Source: a virus
Lineage: Duplodnaviria; Caudoviricetes
Strand: one strand, 5' to 3'
IMG/VR virus record: IMGVR_UViG_3300025707_000003
Span: 1-64,000 of that record
Length of the DNA stretch: 64,000 nt
Numbering within the stretch: the stretch's first letter is position 1; each line of letters starts with the position of its first letter. The position numbers and the translations under genes are program-made. Below, in pieces: positions 37,301 through 46,181 of the stretch. Below the pieces are notes generated by a model that saw nothing but the letters and a program-made list of their open reading frames with translations, made no database searches and had not been told where the DNA came from.

Positions 37301-39121
37301 CGTGTGTCCCACGCTATCGGTGGTGATCACACCTGTATTACTTACTGAGAAGTTTGAAGCTCCATCAACAGCACCTTGTGTGATTGCACCTACAACATTT
37401 AATCCATCGGTAACTGAGAAATAAGCCGAGCTTGTGTCCCAAACTAATGAGGAGTATGTAGCACCACGATCCACTCTAATAAGAGTCTGATTCTCATCAT
37501 CGGCTTCGTCATGTCTGAAAGTGATTCCTGTGGAGCCTACAGCATCAGTGATATTAATGTTTCTTGTAACAATAAGATCTTGTCCAACAGTCAAGTCTGT
37601 TGCAGTAGAAACATTATTACTAAACGCCCATGTTGAAGAAGCGTTTGTCCAAGTAAGAGTCGCGTATGTTGGGCCATTGGTAAGGGCTACACCGATTACA
37701 GCATTTGCGGGGGTGTTATCTGTAACAACATCACTATTAAGAAGAAGGCTATGGGTTGCCCCTTTCTTAATATTAAGGTTTTTATTAGATGCAACAGTCA
37801 CATTATCATTAAGGGCAGAAGTACCCGCAATCGTAAGTGTCCCTGCCCCTGTTGTCGAAACATTCCCACTTGTAGTTAGGTCTTCTGCTCCGAAGTCTAG
37901 GTCATTACCCGCTGAATTGATTGCTCCATCAGCTAAAACAAGATTACCAATGGTAGTGCCTGTTTTGAAGGAAGAAGCTACTGTGGTGTCAGTGATACCA
38001 CCAACAGAAACAACAGCACCCCCAGTGCTAACAGTAAACTTATTCCCGCCATTATCAATCTCAATACCACCATCAGCATTTAAGAGTCCTGTAACTCCAA
38101 CAGTAGTACCAAAAGTACCTGCACCTGTGGCTGTAAGAGTTAATAACTGCAATTCTCCAAGGGTGAGGTTTCCACCAAAATCTGTTGCAGTGTGGGCATC
38201 AGTGGTCGTACCAAGTTTGAAGATGTCATCACCTTCATCCCAGAAAATAACAGCGTCATTCCCTGTTGTACCACGCTCTAAGAATAATCCGATGTCATTG
38301 GTGTTTGCAACACCAGCAACACCCTTATTAAGTCTAATGACAGTATCTTCTACATCTAAAGTTGCGGTGTTTACTGTGGTAGTGTCTCCATTAACAGTGA
38401 GATCACCTGCAATCGTCATGTCGTTTGCAATCGCAACAGTAGAAGTACCACCACCTAAAGTAAGAGTCTTCGCTCCAATATTTGCCGCAATACTAGCGTG
38501 TTCAACTGTAAAGTCAATCCCTGTCATACCAGCAAGGGTAGTGGAGCCTGCACCTAAAGAAATGCTTGTTGAGCCTACTGTCAGAGATGAGTTCTCCAAC
38601 TTAGCGTTGGTCACATTATCATCTAAGATTTTTGCAGTGATGACTTTATCTGCACCGATTGAGGAAACCCCCGCATTAGTGATTGTCACATCACCTGAGA
38701 GGGTTACATTTTTCCATTGGTCATCTGCATCCCCACCATCATTATCATAGACGAGAACTTGAGCGTCAGCGACACCTGCAATCGTCACATCATCAATGTC
38801 ATTCAGATTTGCAGACCCACCCAAGTCAACATATGCTTTGGTAGCGGCATCATTATTTGCAGTAGGGGTAGCGAGGTTTGTAATTCTTACAGTGGCATCC
38901 CCTGCGGAGTCTGCAACAGAGATCGTACCATCCACAGCCAAGGCATTTGTGCCGAGATTGGACATATCCGCTTTTAGCGTTTCAGTACCACCTTGAGTTG
39001 CCCCATCATGTACAAGAATGGTTTTCTTTGTGGTGTCGATGGTAATTTCACCAACTGCACCTGTGAAAGCCTCATTTTCAGCAGTTGTACCTCTTCTTAA
39101 TTGAACTCTTCTTACAGACAT
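34373..39121 (-). CDS. long tail fibre with Mtd-N-like N-terminal domain (1582 aa)
   Basis: QLRRGTTAE...FTGA.GEITIDT.KKTI.VHDG...GG N-terminus; beta-rich repeats; class B promoter. Confidence 0.8.
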   Translation of the reverse strand: MSVRRVQLRRGTTAENEAFTGAVGEITIDTTKKTILVHDGATQGGTETLKADMSNLGTNALAVDGTISVADSAGDATVRITNLATPTANNDAATKAYVDLGGSANLNDIDDVTIAGVADAQVLVYDNDGGDADDQWKNVTLSGDVTITNAGVSSIGADKVITAKILDDNVTNAKLENSSLTVGSTSISLGAGSTTLAGMTGIDFTVEHASIAANIGAKTLTLGGGTSTVAIANDMTIAGDLTVNGDTTTVNTATLDVEDTVIRLNKGVAGVANTNDIGLFLERGTTGNDAVIFWDEGDDIFKLGTTTDAHTATDFGGNLTLGELQLLTLTATGAGTFGTTVGVTGLLNADGGIEIDNGGNKFTVSTGGAVVSVGGITDTTVASSFKTGTTIGNLVLADGAINSAGNDLDFGAEDLTTSGNVSTTGAGTLTIAGTSALNDNVTVASNKNLNIKKGATHSLLLNSDVVTDNTPANAVIGVALTNGPTYATLTWTNASSTWAFSNNVSTATDLTVGQDLIVTRNINITDAVGSTGITFRHDEADDENQTLIRVDRGATYSSLVWDTSSAYFSVTDGLNVVGAITQGAVDGASNFSVSNTGVITTDSVGHTIANFTINNGSIASGTDAITFGNDTLTTTGVCDFGATTVDSLDASGGGITLAGAISGVSSIAGSDLDINLTDNEATSLEVKGDVKANGTQSYLTFVTTNTTEEVVFNQGGVDIDFRVEGDGNANLIFAQASNDRVGIKTAAPAYDLDITGTLGVSGLADLNGGIDVNASVFTVSNTGATVITTTLGVTGISTLDDTLKVKSAPTDGNAIIFNSDRTDVAKGGANTDVSLLFVKGGDNGTDAYLKWDDSADSFTVDGGKFHSNTNFSVGTAIGTQNFTVSTGGAVVSVGGITDTTVASSFFTGTTIGNLTLTNGKIASPTLAFHSDGDILFRVDENADGDNKFTFQNGLDAEIASIDEAGVLTIAGDANINGGDLTVKAADATNAVINIQSSLGTANGDSWTITGSDEGTRTLTISGQKTGDASYQGVLTLTSHDTATSSNASFAGDVTVLGGKINLTEGSIIDSTTAGTLLLTEDIVKTSADLQVGGNDIKNANADTVITFAGAGFSTTLTATTTILSGDLRINNNIIQNSEGTTTLTMDTDEMLTVAGDLTVGGNDIVLGVGTSTATTIKAPTQTAGNTDGATLTLSSGRGVGTGDGGDLVLQTAGANGAVLAPVLTLTHLKKATFAGDIDFSNGTILGASVGNTHSMTLGGHTGSTVITAGDLTVTGNTLDFGSGATIVNTDNATLTITEATTAIVGNLTVSGVIQNSSAVSTSLLFKDPTVYLGYQSTADDRDVGFVGAYGDTNSADYLMGMVYETADTAGGKGGVFKVFHGRASVAEPADTYAVPDGDLSTVDLGTLRGGSALGADNTAGTTLTISGGASTGNATGGAIEFKTGGSADGGASVENARTLAMTIEDDQEVTIDSGSLTITKTTGLTGDEGASNNPLLATNTKSFQVTATIDTAIADDAHSIDFLVNNTSALSTSVILATCQDKNVEVYAHTIVNATSFKFCAVNRTGGELSADATLVINFVIL
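36381..38038. repeat. ~98-bp imperfect direct repeat inside the tail fibre gene (36381-36478 and 37941-38038)
   Basis: Both copies encode FTVSTGGAVVSVGGITDTTVASSF.TGTTIGNL; offset 1560 bp. Confidence 0.8.
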
Positions 39122-39186
39122 TTTAATCTCCTATGGGTAGGTGTGTTTCATATAAAGGTTAAGTATAAAAAGACTATTAATCTTAA

Positions 39187-42100
39187 TCAGCAGACTAATA
39201 CTCCGTAGTCTTCTTCAGCATAGATAACCACAAGATTAAGGAAGGTGTCATTTAAGCCATCTCCATTAAAATCAAGTGCGAAATCATTATTGACATTAAA
39301 GGCATCAGACACGAGTCCATAGTCAATAGTCTCAATATATCGACCTTTAATTATTAGATCTGCGGTTTCATTTGCTGATAAAGCAGATAAATAATGGGTT
39401 GTTAAAACAGGGATTTCTCCATTAGAGGTTCCAGTATCAACAGTGGAAGCCGTACCTAAAGTTGTTGGCACATATTTATTCTGATCATCTCCCGCATCAG
39501 TCGTGTACTTTAACACCTGCCCATTTGTAGGGTCAGTGGTAGAAATATCTGAGATTTCTTTTGCCTCAGTATTTCCTATTTCTTGAGTCACAAATGCGGT
39601 GGTAGCGATCTGTGTAGTGTCCGTATTGGTGACAGCGGTAGGTGCTGTGGGTGTTCCAGTCAGTGCGGTATCTGCAAGTTGTAATTGGACAAATGCAGTA
39701 GTGGCGACTAAAGTTGTATCGTTAGCTTTCGCTTGAGTCGTGGCTTCCACCCCATCTGCGAAAGTCTGAGCACCATCTAAAAGAGCAATGTTTGCAGTAT
39801 CCGATAAATCCTCGGAATCTATTCTTTGGTTTACAAACTGACCTGCACCATTATGGACTAATAAATGCTTGGTTGTTTCATCCCCATCCAAAGTGACATT
39901 TGATAATGCCCCAACAGAAAACGAAGTTAAAGACACAGTAGCTTCTATGGTGTCTTCCGCATCATTATTTAAGAAAGTAATACCTGTATGTGTTCCTCCA
40001 GCTAATGCTGTACCTACGGTGTCTCTAGCTTGTTCATCAGTATAATCCGCAATGTTCGCCACTGCTTCAAATTGATCATTGACCGCTGACCATGCGAGTA
40101 CATGACCATCAGTGTCATTAAGATTCGTTAAATCTACATCTGATAACCCACCAACAGAAGTCGATCCTATTTCTGTCTCTACATAAGCGGTGGTCGCAAT
40201 ACTTGTAGAATTATTTCCTTGAGCTTGAGTGGGGGCAGTGGGGTTTCCCGTTAGGGCTGGTGAAGCAAGAAACGCAATATCAGCAACATTAGAAAGATCA
40301 GCAGAAGAAATAAGTCGGTTGACATATTGGCCTGCACCATTCTCAACCAAGAAATGCTTATCCGCACCTCCCGCAATAGTCACATTATTAAGATCGTTTA
40401 GCCCCGCATTGGAGGCTAAGAAATCACCTGTATTTGAAGTAGAAGCAGTTCCAAGACCTAGAGTTGTTCTTACTGCACCTGCATCAGCATCGTCTATAAT
40501 TGAGCGACCAAAAGCAGAAATACTCGTTGTAGAAAAAGCATCTGCACCTGTAGCGTAAATGAGCTTATTTGCACCTGTAGCGACACCTGCAAGAGCCGTA
40601 AGAGTAGCATCTAAACCTTGATATGTGCCCCCAAGATTAAGAGTTACAAGATCAGCATCAATTTGAGCATCCACATAAGCAGTAGTGGCGACTTTTGTTG
40701 AATTATTTGAAGCACCTTGTGTGGTTGCAGTTGCCGTAGCAACTGTCAAATCAACGGCTCCTGTAAATACTTTATCTCCACTTAAAGTCTGATCTCCACC
40801 TAATAAAGAAATATTTCCTGTGTTAGTTAGGTCAGTGGAGGCGAGACTAACCGTTGCTGTGATCGTTCCGTCATTTGCACCTTCAGTGTCATCATACGCA
40901 AAGGTGAGATGAGTATTACCTGCGTTATTCGCAGTAAACATTGTGCCAACGAGATCTTGTACTTCTTCATCTGTAAGTTGTGTGTTGGTGTCATCCCCAA
41001 CAACAAGATTTAATGCTCCATTGAACCTAAGAACTTTACCTTCTGCTTTATTTGTAGTGTCAACATCCGACAAGATGTTGATCGAACCTAGACTCGTAAG
41101 ATCTGCACCCGAAACAGCGGGTAATCCATTTGCTCCGAGTTCTACAACATCCCCATTTGCGACACCTACATTTTTTTGAGAGGCTGTACCCAAGCTGAGG
41201 GTTGTGACCTCAGTCTGAACATAAGCTGTGGTAGCGATTTGGGTTGTATTTACACCTTGAATAGCAGTTGGAGCAGTAGGTGTGCCTGTAAGATCGGGGT
41301 CACTTAGTCTTGCGACAGTATTATCGACAACAAAGTTTAGTTTCCCACCTGCATCGTCATAAGAAACAGTAATATCTGTTTCAGTATTACCTGAAACCAT
41401 ACCTCCAACGAGATCTTGCACTTGCTCGTCAGTTAGCTGAGTATTTGTGTCTGTCTCATCGGCTTGAGTTATTTCTCCTGCAACAACTTTAAGAATCTTT
41501 CCATTAACTAATGCCCCACCTAAAGCGACATCATTTAAGTCATCAATACTTGAATTGGAAGCGAGGAAGTCACCAGTTGCGTTTGCAGAGGCAGTACCGA
41601 GATTTGAGGCAGTGATATTCCCTGTGAGTTCTAAAGCCCCTGTAATCTTGGTATCCCCTACGACATCTAGGGGTACAGTAGGGGCGTTTTGAAAGATACC
41701 GACTCGATCCGTCCCACCATCGGAGAAGATTGCGTGAGTTTTTGTACCTGTCTCTACTCTGAAGTCGATTCCATTACCTGCTTCATTAATGACTACATCA
41801 TTGTGGAAATCTACTTTAAAGTTGAAAGCAGAAGGTTTGTTGAAGACAATATTTTCAATATTGTCGGTCGTATTAAAAGTAAGATAACTATTATTTCCCT
41901 CTTTGATAGAGAAAGCAGAAGCAGTGTTATCTGTCATAGAAACTGAGACAGTAGTTCCATCAGCAGAGATGGTATCTAATGCGACATCACCTACATTCGT
42001 GAGGTTAAAATCCCCCAAAGACACATGACCTGTGAAAGTTACAGTACCATCTCTAAGAATAATGTCTGCGTTATTGGAGAGATCGGCAGAAGAGACTAAC

Positions 42101-42672
42101 TGGTTTACATATTGACCAGCACCATTTCTCACTAAAAAATGAAACTCTGCTCCTCCTGCAATGGTGACATCCCCTAAATCTGTAAGATTTGTAGCCCCAC
42201 CACCACCACCTTCTCCTGGAACCCATTCGCCAGCATTATTATCCCAAACAATCGTATTTCCATCAGCTAGACCCGCTAGATTCACATCAGAAATAAGACT
42301 TAGATTTAGGGTAGCATTTTTCCATTTCCCTGTGGCTAAATCATACTGCAAAAACTGATCGTCAGCTAAACCTGCAATCGTTACATCAGCTAACGCAGAT
42401 AATTGTGCGTTTCCTGCAAGAACTGCATTACCTACAACATCTTGCACAAATTCTGTGGTTGCAATTCGATCTGAACTTTCAGCAAGGGCGATTCCCCCTT
42501 TTATGTTAAGAGTCCAATCGCCATTTGCCCCCAAAAGATAACTTTCTTGAGCAACTGAAGGACCAGGAACGAGTCCGTCAGTCCCTGCTTTAACTCCATT
42601 TGTGCCTTCAAAAGCGGTGAGTGTGATAGATGCACCTGCTGTGGTGGTAGAACCTGATCCAAATGAACTCAT
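39187..42672 (-). CDS. tail fibre-like protein (1161 aa)
   Basis: Repeated TG.PTAPT...N.T.IATTA.V and L..L.DV fibre motifs; class B promoter. Confidence 0.75.
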   Translation of the reverse strand: MSSFGSGSTTTAGASITLTAFEGTNGVKAGTDGLVPGPSVAQESYLLGANGDWTLNIKGGIALAESSDRIATTEFVQDVVGNAVLAGNAQLSALADVTIAGLADDQFLQYDLATGKWKNATLNLSLISDVNLAGLADGNTIVWDNNAGEWVPGEGGGGGATNLTDLGDVTIAGGAEFHFLVRNGAGQYVNQLVSSADLSNNADIILRDGTVTFTGHVSLGDFNLTNVGDVALDTISADGTTVSVSMTDNTASAFSIKEGNNSYLTFNTTDNIENIVFNKPSAFNFKVDFHNDVVINEAGNGIDFRVETGTKTHAIFSDGGTDRVGIFQNAPTVPLDVVGDTKITGALELTGNITASNLGTASANATGDFLASNSSIDDLNDVALGGALVNGKILKVVAGEITQADETDTNTQLTDEQVQDLVGGMVSGNTETDITVSYDDAGGKLNFVVDNTVARLSDPDLTGTPTAPTAIQGVNTTQIATTAYVQTEVTTLSLGTASQKNVGVANGDVVELGANGLPAVSGADLTSLGSINILSDVDTTNKAEGKVLRFNGALNLVVGDDTNTQLTDEEVQDLVGTMFTANNAGNTHLTFAYDDTEGANDGTITATVSLASTDLTNTGNISLLGGDQTLSGDKVFTGAVDLTVATATATTQGASNNSTKVATTAYVDAQIDADLVTLNLGGTYQGLDATLTALAGVATGANKLIYATGADAFSTTSISAFGRSIIDDADAGAVRTTLGLGTASTSNTGDFLASNAGLNDLNNVTIAGGADKHFLVENGAGQYVNRLISSADLSNVADIAFLASPALTGNPTAPTQAQGNNSTSIATTAYVETEIGSTSVGGLSDVDLTNLNDTDGHVLAWSAVNDQFEAVANIADYTDEQARDTVGTALAGGTHTGITFLNNDAEDTIEATVSLTSFSVGALSNVTLDGDETTKHLLVHNGAGQFVNQRIDSEDLSDTANIALLDGAQTFADGVEATTQAKANDTTLVATTAFVQLQLADTALTGTPTAPTAVTNTDTTQIATTAFVTQEIGNTEAKEISDISTTDPTNGQVLKYTTDAGDDQNKYVPTTLGTASTVDTGTSNGEIPVLTTHYLSALSANETADLIIKGRYIETIDYGLVSDAFNVNNDFALDFNGDGLNDTFLNLVVIYAEEDYGVLVC

Positions 42673-42763
42673 GGTGAACTCCTTTATTTTTATACCTATT
42701 AATGTCGAGGTATAAAAAGAGTATTAAAGGAGATTGCGAATGATCTATTTAAACTATGTACCC

Positions 42764-43636
42764 TTAAATCTCTTCAATGACATAGTTAAGTTTAGTTCTA
42801 AGTCGCTTACCACTAGATGCGAGATATTGAAACGACTCCTCAGAAGCACCAAGTTGACGAATAATACTTTTTCGCTCATCTTCATCTAGGTATCCGAACG
42901 CTTCAAGAACTTGCTTCTCACTCCACCCTCTCTCCTCATAAAGATACTCATAAGGGTACTGTTTAAGAGCTTTCTCGATCTCTTCTTCTGCTTCTCCCAT
43001 AAGATCATTGCGGGCAGACTCTGGTAACTCGTTCAACATATTATTATAGTCAAATACCATTACTTCTGCACGATCAGAATAAAGACGATTGATCTCTCCA
43101 TTAACTTCTGGATCCATCCTCGCTTCCCAATAAGCCAGCTCCTCTTCATATGACTCTTTCTTTTCGGTCAAATCTGCCCTCTCAAGGATTTCGTCATCGT
43201 CTAAGTCTTCGATTTGTTCCTCCGCCCATTGAGTAGCCCACATTCCAATATCACCGTAAGGTAGACTCGCAGTGGTTACAATGATGTCTCTTGCCCAAGG
43301 CACTCTTACAACCACTTCTTTAACAGAATGGTTATCGAGCATCTCATCCATGATCTCTTCATTCATCTGTGTCTTAACATCATCATCCTCATAGATGATG
43401 TAATCACTCCAATCAGAAGAAACCAAGATCACATCTTTATGACCTTGAAAGTATTCCCAGACTTGACCGTTTCTTCTCTCTTTAAGATCAGACCTAGTTT
43501 GGGCTTTAGTTTCTCGACTTTCAACTAGAACTTCTAAAGCCCAAGTTATCCATTGAGGTTCTTTCTTAGATTGCTTTTCAAGTTGGGCAATCCTATTCTC
43601 AAGTTTATTAATGATTTCTGATGCTGATTTTCTCAT
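42764..43636 (-). CDS. leader-family protein 3, strongly acidic payload
   Basis: MRKSASEIINKLENRIAQLEKQS; AAATGGAGA RBS. Confidence 0.8.
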   Translation of the reverse strand: MRKSASEIINKLENRIAQLEKQSKKEPQWITWALEVLVESRETKAQTRSDLKERRNGQVWEYFQGHKDVILVSSDWSDYIIYEDDDVKTQMNEEIMDEMLDNHSVKEVVVRVPWARDIIVTTASLPYGDIGMWATQWAEEQIEDLDDDEILERADLTEKKESYEEELAYWEARMDPEVNGEINRLYSDRAEVMVFDYNNMLNELPESARNDLMGEAEEEIEKALKQYPYEYLYEERGWSEKQVLEAFGYLDEDERKSIIRQLGASEESFQYLASSGKRLRTKLNYVIEEI

Positions 43637-43663
43637 GATTTTTCTCCATTTGATTAAAATAAA

Positions 43664-44071
43664 TTAGTACGCACCCTTGATGCTTTTGATCTCTGATTTG
43701 ACTTCTTCATGTAGGTCATACCATCGATCAGAGATGGAAGCATAAAAGCGATCCTCTCTCATTGAAAATGAAGGCATACTCTCTAATGCTTGCTCCAGCT
43801 CTTGCATCGCTTCAAGAACTTTGACTGCACTCTCTCTTACAGATAATTGACGAGCAGTCTTGTTTCCCTTGTACTCAGGAGTTTTACGATACTCTTTAAC
43901 GAGTCTTTCGTATTCTTCATTTTGAGACTTGGTGAGATTATCATCGTCTTCAAGTTTTTGCAGGTCATCAAGTCTCGACCTGTCTTTTTTAGACATAGTG
44001 TGTGCTGATATTTCAAGTTGTGCGATTCTTGATTCAAGATCCCTGAGTACTTCACTTGCTGATTTTCTCAT
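43664..44071 (-). CDS. leader-family protein 4
   Basis: MRKSASEVLRDLESRIAQLEISA from internal Met of ORF 43664..44200; class B-like promoter at 44121. Confidence 0.8.
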   Translation of the reverse strand: MRKSASEVLRDLESRIAQLEISAHTMSKKDRSRLDDLQKLEDDDNLTKSQNEEYERLVKEYRKTPEYKGNKTARQLSVRESAVKVLEAMQELEQALESMPSFSMREDRFYASISDRWYDLHEEVKSEIKSIKGAY

Positions 44072-44148
44072 AAGAGTCCTCCATTTTTGGCTAGGGTTGC
44101 TGAGATTATATAAGTATAATAATAGATAAACTATCAAAGGATTAGCAT

Positions 44149-45123
44149 ATGATAAAGCTACTATGGAGAACAGATGTCCACATGGGAGATAAAACCCCAC
44201 GCAGACGCACTGGAAACTGGACGGATGATGTGGTCAACAAGCTCAAGTGGATTGGTGATCTCGCTAAGGATAAAGAGATTGACGCTGTACTTGATGGTGG
44301 AGACTTCTTTGATGTCAAATCACCCACCAAGAATAGCCATAGTTTAGTCCGTAAGGCTTGTGACGCACATGAGGGGTATCCTTGCCCTACTTATGGTCTA
44401 GTCGGCAACCACGATGTAAAATATGGCAATATAGACTACCTACCCGAACAACCTCTAGGAGTCCTATTCTCATCGGGTGTCTTTAAGCAGTTTGGCGATG
44501 ATGTAGAAATAAACTTTGAAAAAGATGGGGTCAAAGTTCGTGTAGTCGGTGTGCCTTATCATGGTGTCATTTATGACTTTGATCGGATCAAGAACATAAA
44601 AAAGAAAGACGAGGATTACCTACTAGTCGCTAGCCACCTCCTCGCTCGACAAGGTAAGACTGGATCAATGTTTGAGAATGAGGATATAGTTGGATATGAC
44701 TTCCTTAATGAGAACACAGAAGTAGACGCTTGGTTCTTTGGTCATTGGCACAAAGATCAAGGCATCTCCACGCTCTTAAATGGAGCAAGGGTTGTCAATG
44801 TAGGGTCATTAACAAGAGGTTCTTTACACCTTGATGACTTAGACCGTAGACCTTGTGTGGTAGAGGTTCAAGCCACCAAAGAGTCGCTTAACTTCATCAG
44901 ACACGATGTTCCTGTACGAGATGCCAATGAGGTATTCAAGATCGAGGAAACTGTGCGTGAAAAGGAAGATAAGCAACGAATGATCGACATTGTAGACAAG
45001 ATGAAAGCAGTAGCCACATCGGGTTGGTCTGAACTTACTCTTAAAGAGCGTGTAATGCAGACTATGGGTTCAAATGGAGCTAAGGAAATGGCTATCTCTT
45101 ATCTTGAACAAGTCGAGGATTAA
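44149..45123 (+). CDS. sbcD: SbcD/Mre11-like metallophosphoesterase nuclease
   Basis: TDVH, GGDFFD, GNHD, SH, GHWH, VNVGSLTR. Confidence 0.85.
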   Translation: MIKLLWRTDVHMGDKTPRRRTGNWTDDVVNKLKWIGDLAKDKEIDAVLDGGDFFDVKSPTKNSHSLVRKACDAHEGYPCPTYGLVGNHDVKYGNIDYLPEQPLGVLFSSGVFKQFGDDVEINFEKDGVKVRVVGVPYHGVIYDFDRIKNIKKKDEDYLLVASHLLARQGKTGSMFENEDIVGYDFLNENTEVDAWFFGHWHKDQGISTLLNGARVVNVGSLTRGSLHLDDLDRRPCVVEVQATKESLNFIRHDVPVRDANEVFKIEETVREKEDKQRMIDIVDKMKAVATSGWSELTLKERVMQTMGSNGAKEMAISYLEQVED

Positions 45124-45650
45124 GATTAAAGACTTTTAAGATAATCTAAAATGTCTTCATCTCTTCTTAATCCGTTTGGTTGGCCTTGGTCATGGTAGAT
45201 AATCTCGATTAAGTCGGTTGCGATAAGCACCTGGTCTTTTCTCGGTCTTTCCATAGACATACCAACTACATAACTATGATCAATGTCATCACTAGTTGAG
45301 AAGTGGTTAAAGATTTCGCCTTTTGACATGAAATAAGTTTTCATTCTGCGACCTCCACCATCTTGACCGTACTTATCTTTAAATGGTGCGAAGAGGGTAA
45401 ATTGCCCTTGCCCAAGAGCTTCCCTAGCTGGGTGCTTTCGGCCTGCTTGTCTTTCAAGTCTTGCAATCCTTGACTCAAGATTACGAATAACTTCGGTTGC
45501 TGATCTTCTCATGGTTTTCTCCATTTTGTTTGTGGTTAAAGAGATCACTTATGAGAACCTATAAAAGAACTATTAAAACAAGAAATAGATAAAAGTAGGA
45601 ATAAGGGGTGGGGATGGCTATCTCTTATCTTGAACGAGTCGAGGACTAAG
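45088..45650 (+). repeat. 37-bp direct repeat of the sbcD 3' end (45088-45124 and 45614-45650) flanking leader cassette 5
   Basis: ATGGCTATCTCTTATCTTGAAC[A/G]AGTCGAGGA[T/C]TAAG, 35/37 identical. Confidence 0.9.
45126..45512 (-). CDS. leader-family protein 5
   Basis: MRRSATEVIRNLESRIARLERQA; class B promoter and shared UTR. Confidence 0.8.
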   Translation of the reverse strand: MRRSATEVIRNLESRIARLERQAGRKHPAREALGQGQFTLFAPFKDKYGQDGGGRRMKTYFMSKGEIFNHFSTSDDIDHSYVVGMSMERPRKDQVLIATDLIEIIYHDQGQPNGLRRDEDILDYLKSL

Positions 45651-45653
45651 TTA

Positions 45654-46121
45654 TTAGGCTTTTGTGATGTCATAGTCTGCACGAGCCTTTAGATTGCTCT
45701 TTAGGATGCTCTGTAGTTTATTAGCACAAGAGTTATAACTTTGGCTCTCACATCCAGTAGCAACAAATACTTGATAGAGACAACTCCAACAACCACCTTG
45801 AAGATTGTCTGATCCGTCATCAAGACCCCAACTGATTTGTAGTTGACCCCCCCCTATATCAACATATGCGTATAGGCTTGTTCCTCTCTCAATGTCTCCT
45901 TCCTCGATTCCTTCTTCAAGACTGGATTTAGCAGACTCAATATCACTGTTAACTTCTGCAATAATCTCTGCAAAAGTCATGTCGGTGTTTCGATCTCTTG
46001 GGTGACCTGTGTACCAACCTGTACTGATCTTTAGACCAGAATGTTTGTTGGCAGTACGACCTTCAAGACGAGCAATCCTCATCTGAAGGTTGCGAATAAT
46101 TTCTGATGCTGATCTTTTCAT
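45654..46121 (-). CDS. leader-family protein 6
   Basis: MKRSASEIIRNLQMRIARLEGRTA; class B promoter and shared UTR. Confidence 0.8.
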   Translation of the reverse strand: MKRSASEIIRNLQMRIARLEGRTANKHSGLKISTGWYTGHPRDRNTDMTFAEIIAEVNSDIESAKSSLEEGIEEGDIERGTSLYAYVDIGGGQLQISWGLDDGSDNLQGGCWSCLYQVFVATGCESQSYNSCANKLQSILKSNLKARADYDITKA

Positions 46122-46181
46122 GGTTTTTCTCCATTTTGTTAAGGTTAATGAGATCACTTAAGATCAATTATAAATAAACTA

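Noticed and set aside
36381-38038. Repeat pair in an Mtd-like fibre as a DGR template/variable repeat
   Set aside because: Differences are mostly synonymous and include non-adenine changes (TCC/TCT, TTT/AAA). Both copies are inside the CDS and no reverse transcriptase is present in the window.
37521-38750. 409-aa plus-strand ORF and the other antisense ORFs over the sheath and fibre genes
   Set aside because: Shadow frames of Thr/Gly/Ala-rich genes on the opposite strand; no RBS and no protein-like motifs.
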